Below are positions 53,729-64,000 of a stretch of DNA of 64,000 nt, piece after piece. Position 1 is the stretch's first letter. Each line of letters starts with the position of its first letter. Below the pieces are notes generated by a model, which saw only the letters and a program-made list of their open reading frames with translations, ran no database searches and was not told the origin of the DNA. The stretch is from Octopus vulgaris (lineage: Eukaryota), in assembly GCA_951406725.2 (NCBI GenBank), contig OX597825.1, positions 10,416,001 through 10,480,000 on the forward strand, in the 5' to 3' direction. The position numbers and the translations under genes are program-made.

Positions 53729-54135
53729 CGATGCCATATAATCGCCCATTGATAATTAATACTTCCAATTTATTAACAGAGATACTTACATCCTGATGAT
53801 GTTTCAAAATTCATGTCTGCAAGAATTTCCATAAATTCCTTGACTGAATAAATTGGTATATCTCAGTTTAGGATCATTTTGTAATTTGGTAAGATCTATT
53901 GTCGTAAGTATTTGTCCTATCTCTTGCCTATGGACAAAGTGACCGATATATATAAAGTCGGTAGAGCGTCACGCAATCTATCCGGATTTCTCTGATCTGT
54001 GTTTAAACTCCAGCCAGTTCCAAAATGTATTTCAATACGACAAACGTTTGATTCCATGAATTGATTGATGGCCCTAGGCAAAGGCAAGGCACACACACAC
54101 ACACACATTTATATTATTTCTATATACATATGTGT

Positions 54136-54187
<52 letters not shown>

Positions 54188-54192
54188 GTATA

Positions 54193-55183
54193 CTAGCAAA
54201 CTCCCCCGTTCTTTGGACGGTTTAAGTTGCTTTGGTGGTATATTTCCTCCAAATAATTGAACAACCGAGAAGATTTATGAGTATCACGGCAATCTGTGTT
54301 TCCGAGTAACCTAGGAACGGTAAATCAAATTGAAGGCGAGTTATTGTGGAGGTCGTTGCACTTTAATGATCACAGAATATATAACTTTGGAAGCGATGCG
54401 AAGTAAAGCTAGTGAAGTGTTTTGGGAGTAGATTACGTATTTGAAACAATGGACAATAGTAGAAATATCACAATGGACGGGTAAATAAGCATCCTTTAAG
54501 TGAAACAATGCATTGGTAGGTAAACAAAGGTATCAAGAAATAGAAGAAAGAGAAAATAACATCACCTTTCAAGTAACTCAGAATAGGTAAAGGTAAGCTT
54601 GCCAAAGTTTAATGCAGTTTAAATATGGAGATTAATTTTGTTTGGTATTGGATATTCATCGCATGCAGTTTTTCCTAGTCAATTTAATCACCGTGGTAGG
54701 TGGACAGTCGAAATAAATAAATAGACAAAATCCTTGCACTTTTATAAAAAGATTAAAAACTTATGGAAGACCGTATGTCATTTTAGGTCCATTTACGCAG
54801 GAGCTCTGGGCAAAATGTTAAGTGCATGACCATCCTCTAGACGTAATAATGTGTGTGTAACGTTTGGTGATAATCGGTTGAGAACTGTGGAAATATATGC
54901 GTTCAGTATTCCTAGTCAGGTTAATCACCGTCGTTAGTGGACAGTGGAAATAAATAGACAAAATCCTTTCACTATGATAAAAGATTAAAATGGTATGGAA
55001 GACCCTACATACAAAAAACTCTGTCCATTTACGTCCATTTACGCAGGAGCTCTGGGTAAAATGTTTAATGCATGACCAATCCTTGGGACATAAGTAATGT
55101 GTGTGTAAAGTTTGGTGAAAATCGGTTGAGAATTGTGGAAATGTACACTTTATTCATTATACATACACATACTGTGATATATA
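54193..55183 (-). mobile_element. Non-autonomous Helitron-like element
   Basis: Minus-strand 3' end: hairpin ccgtcc-aaa-gaacgg, then CTAG|T at 54193. Internal ~240-bp tandem duplication (~54668-54900 and ~54905-55143). Typical gtgtgtaaagtttggtgaaaatcggttgaga motif. Confidence 0.65.
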
Positions 55184-55946
55184 TGTGTGTATGTATGTAT
55201 GTATGTATGTATGTATGTATGTATGTATGTATGTATGTATGCATGTATGCATGTGTGTTCTGTCAAATTATCTTTTTATACCTATCTGTTTATCTATCTC
55301 TACAATAATTTCTGAGAGATATTTTCCCTTTAGTAGTGTGTACCAAGGCGTATACCAATGTATATATTACATAAGCGTATGAGATAGCACGAGTGAGGTA
55401 CTACGAATTTTATAAACATATACAGATGTATATGGTTTATACGTTAAATGTGTATGCGTGAACAGCAGTAATCCTGCCTTAGGTTAGAGCAGAAAAATCA
55501 AAATAATTTTTATATCAGTCATTATAATTGATATTTCAGGAAAGAATAATTGAATATAAGTCAATGGATCGTATAGGAAAAAATGCATATATGATCTGTT
55601 TGGCTTTTTTTTTCTTTCTTATATTCCAAGAAACTATGGCATGCACATAATTCCTCGTGACACCACATTATTCATAGATTTAAATATTCTAACTTACTAT
55701 TCTTTTTTTTAAGGTTTTACATCGATTTCTGATACGTTCGTTTATTCATACATTCATAAATGTACTTATATATATATGTATGTATATACATATATAATAT
55801 ATATATATACATATATATATATATACGTACATATATATGCACACAATATATGTGTGTGTATGTATTTATGTGTGTGTATGTATGTATTTATGTATGTATG
55901 TATGTATGTATATATATATATAGAAATTCGGGGTGAGTACTTGATA

Positions 55947-56075
<129 letters not shown>

Positions 56076-58157
56076 ACGCGTGTGTGTCTGTGTATGTATG
56101 TGTTTGTACACACATAGAGAAAGACACCGGATCGTGCGTAGGTGTGTATAGGGTATGCGTTCGCAAGTATATGTATGTCCGTGTGTCGGTGAGAGCAATA
56201 GTAAAATTCAGATTTTTCCAGTTCTGTGCATATATATATATGTGTGTGTGTGTGTCTGTATGTATGTATATGTGTGAATGTCAGCGTGAATGTGTGTGTA
56301 TATGTAGTGAGACAGGGGGTGTATGTATGTATGAGGGATTGTAATGTGTAGTTGCTGCAACACTGCATATGTATGCGTGTGTGCCTATGTGTGTGTGTGT
56401 GTGCGTGTGCGTGTATCTGTGCTTGTGTGTGCGTGAGTGTGCGTGAGTGTGTGTGGGCGTGTATGTTCTGTATGCAAGTCCGCAATCTGACACTTTCTGA
56501 ATTCTATCAAAATCATTTTGACAAACAATACTGATCGCAACGGCAAGAAGTAAAGGAAGATTGCTCGTAGAAAAACAGGGAGAGGAAGGAGGACGGGAGA
56601 TGGGAAGAGTGAGTGGGTTATTGAATGTGTCAGAGACATACGAGTATGTATGTATGTATGTATGTATGCATGTATGGTTTTATGCGTGTATGTATGTATG
56701 TATTTATGTATTATGTATGTATTCATGTATGTATATATGTATGCATGCATGTATGTATGCATGTATATATGTATGTATGTATGCATATATGTGTGCAAGT
56801 ATGTACATATATATGTATTTATGTATGTGTGTTTGTATGCGTGTATGTATTATGTATGTATGTATGTATGTATGTATGTATGTATGTATGTATGTATATA
56901 TGTATGTATGCATGTATGTATACATGTATGTACGTATGTATGTATTTATGTATGTGTGTTTGTATGCATGTATGTATAATGTATGTATGTGTATAGAGAA
57001 ATACGTGATTCGAAGTGAGCGTCGAATATGAAAGAAATAGCCATGAAATCTCCATCAGATCACCATCAAATCACGCCTTACTCGAAGGTCACGCTCCATA
57101 TCATTTTATCATAAGTTACATCATGCATGTGTATGTGTGTGTGTGTGTATAATTATTAGTAGCAGACGTATTAATACGAAAAGGCATTCTAAATACCCAA
57201 CTTAACGTGGTATGTATTGTTAGAGCCGAATACTGAGCTATTAATCTTGAGAGGATCTTATGGACACATGGTACATAAAAGCACATATATTTATATCATC
57301 AGCATACAAGAATTATTTTCTACGGATTCCGGAACAACCAGATCACATGATTTCAACGCACCTCATCTCTTCAGTGGCAGACGTCCTGTACCCGCAATCC
57401 AGTCAAATCTCACAACCAGTGATATATGAATTTTCAGTGACTATTGAATTGCTGATGTCTGTGCATGAGGTTATTGCACCCGTGGTCGGTTTCGCGTCTC
57501 AAGCTTCCATACTCACTACGGTACCCTCCTGATCAACCGGGCATCAGAAAACCGCCTCGTCAGCGATTGTGCAACCTAAAATTTTAGGTTCAATAAGGCT
57601 TGCACCACACCTCACAGATCCTCTCCACTCTGTTGCCATTATCTAGAGACAATCCAGAACAATATATCCAGTAGCGATATGAGTCGCAGACGCAGAAATT
57701 GCGGGATCTCAAACGCCAGCAAAAATTCTCAAAATGTCAAATGGTCAATGCCATTCCCTTCATATGAGGTTTTATATCAGAGACATATTTTGAGAAAAGC
57801 TGAGAGGGTGCCCCACTCCCAGTGGTCTTCCAGTACTCTGGGCACCAACCCAGAATTGCTGAGTGCCTGTGCTACTGCTAGATATTCATTGAACCCCCAC
57901 ACTGGATTCATCCATCTTTTTGTTATGTCTTGTTTGTAATCCTGCTGGGTTTCTAGCAACCCTCCTAAGCGGGAAGCCTAGTGAAGAGGGTTAGTTGCGG
58001 ATGACTCGACCATGCAAGAAGTTGTACTGGATTCCATATTACCAGTAGCACTTATGACAGAGCTCACAAGTTACTTCACGCACACACACACAGACACAAT
58101 ATATATATATAGTTTGAAATTTTATTGACATATTTCAACACACATATTAAATATTAT

Positions 58158-58586
58158 TTTCAAATTTTGGTGCAAGACCAGCAAGTTCGGTAGAGGATTT
58201 AAGTCGATTAAATCGACCCCAGTGCGTAACTGGTACTTAATTTATTGACCCCGAAAGGATGAAAGGCAAAATCGACCTCGGTGGAATTTGAACTCAGAAC
58301 GTAACGGCAGACGAAATACGGCTACGCATTTCGGCCGGCGTGCTAACGTTTCTAATTTTTTTATTGTCCACAAGGGGCTAAACATAGAGGGGACAAACAA
58401 GGACAAACAAACGGACATTAAGTCGATTATATCGACCCCAGTGCGAACTGGCACTTATTTATCGACCCAGAAAGGATGAAAGGCAAAGTCGACCTCGGCT
58501 GAATTTGAACTCAGAACGTAGCGACAGACGAAATACCGCTAAGCATTTCGCCCGGCGTGCTAACGTTTCTGCCAGCTCGCCACCTT
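58158..58586 (-). mobile_element. SINE family A, dimeric/tandem copy
   Basis: Head at ~58586 and two cores. Confidence 0.85.
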
Positions 58587-58804
58587 GATGTATTAAATAT
58601 CGACATTTGTACTGACACATATATTTGAACACTTAGACGTTGAAATTCATAATTCACATATATTTACCTGCTTATATTTAATTGTAATGACATTTATGTT
58701 CACATTATTGCACATACACTGGAGTTTCTTGGATATCATATATATGTGTAAGGCCGTGTATTCGTAAATGCTAACTGGAAATCGATTGATCGATTGAGAA
58801 AGAA

Positions 58805-58932
<128 letters not shown>

Positions 58933-60024
58933 GCTAGCTGAGGTACCCGCTAAAAAATTACCGTTAATAAGATGTCTGTTTACAGCCATTAAACATTTTT
59001 CGTCATATTTCGACATTTTTCAAAAAATTAAAATCTATATTAATGGATAGGACCAATTTGACGAAAATATGACCAGAGTCTGGTAGCGAACACGTGTTGT
59101 CATTTTTGTGCATGTGCGTGAAATGGTGAAATTTTACGCTTTGGGGTAGATTTCGCTAAATTGATGTCACGACGGCTTGTACGCAAAATGCCGAAATTTT
59201 GCTTGAGAAATAAAAAGGTCTTACCTAATAAAAACCTGAAACGGTTGGCAAGTAAGTTTCTTACCACACAGCCACTCCTGAGAATGAAGGAGAAAGAGTA
59301 CATAGCATAAGTTCTAGGCTATATTCGTTATTTAACTGAATTTCTCTTTTTCTGCCTCAGTTTTTTTTTTTTTTTTTTTTGTCATTTTTTTAACTACAAT
59401 AAAGAAAAAAAGCAAAGCAACTTCAGAAAAATAATTTAAATGAAAAAAAAACCACTAACACATATGAATGAAACAAACTGAAGCGAGACGGGATATCAGA
59501 AATACAGGTAACATAAACTTCCTACCACATCTAGCAAAAGCAGGAAACAGCGCTTGACAACAACTTAAATGAGATGAAAGCACGTAGCAGAGACATCACA
59601 ATAAACAGGATGTGAAACAACCTAACCGAAGTTAGGAAAACAGGATACCAGAAACTTAAAAATACTCGACTGCAAATACCAAACGGTCCATAGAGAAAAA
59701 TCAACATTTCTAAATCAATATACGAAAACCTAATACAAATAACGAATTAACAGATGACACAAATGACCTAACAAAACAAAGTAACATTGAAAGCTAAACA
59801 ATAAAAGTGATAGCCACAATAAATAATACAAATATAGTGGAATGAAGTATCATGAATGAACTAGCGAGCTTGATTTACATAGGTATATATAATGAACGCA
59901 AATCTCGAATGAAACTGCGGATGAAGATCACCATGGCATGAAACTCGATTCGAAAGTAATTAATTAGAACATATATAAATATATATATATATACATATAT
60001 AAAGAGAGAGGGTGGAGAAACGTA

Positions 60025-60190
60025 GACGTAGCTGTGTAGTAAGTAGCTTGCTTACCAACCACATGGTTCCTAGTTCAGTCCCACTGCGTGGAACATTGGG
60101 CAAGTGTCTTCTACTATAGCCTCGGGCCGAACAAAGCCTTGTGAGCAGATTTGGTAGACGAAAACTGAAAGAAGCCCGTCGTATATATGT
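60025..60190 (+). mobile_element. SINE family C, 5' half
   Basis: Head through to the internal microsatellite. Confidence 0.8.
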
Positions 60191-60191
60191 A

Positions 60192-60255
<64 letters not shown>

Positions 60256-60319
60256 AAAACGGTAAGCTAACAAAAGAAAGAAAGAGACCTCAATATTATG
60301 TAAATAGAGGAAATTTATC

Positions 60320-60563
<244 letters not shown>

Positions 60564-60583
60564 TACATATATATATATATATG

Positions 60584-60638
<55 letters not shown>

Positions 60639-61885
60639 CATATACATATATACATATATATATACACACACATATATATATATATATACACACACATACC
60701 TATGTGTGTGTATGTGTGTCAATATGCATGTATATATGCGTGTGTATATGTTTGTATATATAGGGCCATTGTGTCGCACGAACCTGTGAATCAGCAAGTG
60801 TGTTTCTCTCCACGATGGAGACATAGGAAAGACCTTTTTTTAAAAAGAAACACATACCAACGCATGCGTATCTCCACTCACTATTCCATCGGGTAAAGGT
60901 AAGACCCTATGCCACTTGGCACCAATATTATCATTAAACGCAATCCCCGGAAGAGACACCGCTAAATAATTCGTCCGATGCTTTACCAATTCCGTCATTC
61001 TAGTATCATAGACTGATTGATACTTTACCCGCCGATCTCAAGACGACGAACGGCAAAGTTGACCTCGAATGGATTTGATTTCAGGATGTGCAGAATCACA
61101 AGAAATTCTACAAGACATCCTATCCATCGATTTCTTGACAGTTGCATCACAAATCTTATGCCAATCTAACCAATATATTTCTTACCAATATATCTCTTAC
61201 CAACACACACATAAGTATGTGTGTGTGTGTGTGTGTATTCCATATGTAGACATTTTAAATGCATGCAGTATGTCTTTCAACATGGCTGTGCATTAAATCT
61301 GACAGAATCGCTTGCGCGTCGGATGAAAAACATAGCATCATTTCTTCCGGCTCTTTATGTTTTAAGTTCAAATTCCACCGAGGTCAACTTCGACTTTCGT
61401 TCTTTTGGGGTCAGTTGAACTGGTATTTATATCCCTCCCCTAAAATTACTGACCTGAAACCAAAATTTGAAACCATCAATAAATAACTTCTTTGTATCTC
61501 TGTTATATATAGGATATCCGCATCCATTTTATAATGCATTTGTTTCAGTTTGATGGGGTTTTGTATTATAAAAATATCCCGTTTTGTATTATAAAAATAT
61601 CCCTCTAAAATATAGGATTTGTTCTAAAAACGTACATATTTTCGTGTTTTTGTAAATCAATTTTTTTGGCAATTTAGTAAAGCAATTTTAATTCTATTCA
61701 CTTGAATGTGGAGGTGATATTTTCCCCTCATTTTATAACATACTTTGGTTTGGTTTTATGGTTGATGTCATGTCCGACAACGGTTTCACATCAAATATCT
61801 ATTTATAATGTGTAGAAATGTATGTGCATTTATAAGTACATATTTGAAAGAGAGAGGCATACATATATACACCATACACCCCCAC

Positions 61886-62083
<198 letters not shown>

Positions 62084-62584
62084 ATATATAAACGCGTATA
62101 ATATTATACGTATATATTACAATTTTTCTGAATTTTCGGATTTTTCTATATCCTAGGCTACTGGTTTTAAATTGATATTAATTAAATTAATATTCAATTT
62201 ATCACCCTCATTATTTAAAGTTTATATGTGTGTATGTATGTAGGTATGTATGTATGTAGGTAGGTAGGTAGGTAGGTAGGTAGGTAGGTAGGTAGGTAGG
62301 TAGGTAGGTAGGTAGGTAGGTAGGTAGGTATGTATGTATGTATGTATGTATGTATGTATGTATGTATGTATGTATGTATGTATGTATGCATGTATGTATG
62401 TATGTATGTATGTATGTATATACATTTATGAATCGAGGGTATTAAGACATTATTATATTCCAGTATACACGTTGTATATAGTTTCGTAACCTCACAAAAC
62501 TGCAGGCGGCGTTTTCTTCACCGTAGGTGTAAGGTATACATTTTTTTTATAAAACAAAAAAAAAAAAAAAACAAAAACATAACG

Positions 62585-62707
<123 letters not shown>

Positions 62708-62850
62708 AAAACAATAAAAAAAAAAAAAAAAATAACAATAAAAAAACAAAACAATAAAAAAAACACACACACACACACACACATATATATACATGTATGT
62801 ATGTATGTATGTATGTATGTGTTATGTAATGTTGCTGTAATTGTTTTAGT

Positions 62851-62894
<44 letters not shown>

Positions 62895-62932
62895 TATATA
62901 TACATTCATATATATCTATTCATATATATATA

Positions 62933-62975
<43 letters not shown>

Positions 62976-62988
62976 ATATATATATATA

Positions 62989-63088
<100 letters not shown>

Positions 63089-63460
63089 CATATATATGTA
63101 CATATTCATATATATATATGTGTATACATGCATGTTTGCATGTTTGTGTGTATGTACAATTCTTTATGAATTTGTGGTTCGGAATTACATTTTCCTTTCG
63201 AAATAGTGATTCACCAATAGTTCGTATCAAAATCAATTCCATGTCCCATGTTTTCGTTATGGTTAAGTCTCTCGATAATTCTGATCCGGCAAATTTGTAA
63301 GCAAATGAGTTCTTTCTTTTACGACGGTGGAATATGACTTGAAGACTTTTTCGCTACTGTTTCTAGAGCTTTCCTCGCGATTTTATGAGTATATGGTCTT
63401 GATATGAGGAATATGAGACTTTTCGCTAGAGAACTTTCCTCGCGAGACTATATGGTCTTG

Positions 63461-63531
<71 letters not shown>

Positions 63532-63542
63532 CAGAGACAGAC

Positions 63543-63647
<105 letters not shown>

Positions 63648-63753
63648 TACAAATATGTACAGTTCTATATTTAAGAAATGAAGAATTATGTACATTATTT
63701 ACATTATTTACATTATTTACATATCTTAAATATGTACAAATATGATAGATAGA

Positions 63754-63825
<72 letters not shown>

Positions 63826-63828
63826 TAG

Positions 63829-63885
<57 letters not shown>

Positions 63886-64000
63886 CTTAGCTAGTTAGAT
63901 AGACAGACGGACAGACAGAATGTAAGTTAATATATTAAAGTATTTTCTCAGCATTTATTATATGATTGTATGTAAAGAACTGCAACTATTTGTCTGTGTA

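Noticed and set aside
57470-57570. Hammerhead-like CTGACGA...GAAA on the minus strand
   Set aside because: No UH cleavage site in register and stem I does not pair.
57600-58050. GC-richer segment with short ORFs, possibly a retroelement ORF1/5' UTR remnant
   Set aside because: No recognisable motif; cannot be classified by eye.

Overview
AT-rich, extremely microsatellite- and transposon-dense animal genomic DNA. The repeat landscape looks like a coleoid cephalopod (Octopus-like); this is inferred, not checked. There is one credible host coding exon: the first coding exon (N-terminus to TM3, 15443-16032, +) of a class A neuropeptide-type GPCR. It ends in a phase-2 GT donor inside the E-R-Y motif, and I found no convincing next exon in the remaining ~48 kb. 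The rest consists of several tRNA-derived SINE families (many copies, some with TSDs), decayed R4/Dong-type RLE retrotransposons stacked in (TAA)n tracts, an internally deleted mariner, Helitron/HINE-like and hAT-like non-autonomous elements, minisatellites and palindromes. The most interesting unannotated signal is at least 14 minimal type-I hammerhead-ribozyme-like motifs of the Penelope/retrozyme kind, found on both strands and in several unrelated short elements. Two have an intact catalytic core, one lies inside a 38-bp inverted repeat, and one appears to form the tail of a tRNA-headed SINE. Nearly all other ORFs in the six-frame track are microsatellite or SINE artefacts. Everything was read by eye, so element boundaries are approximate.
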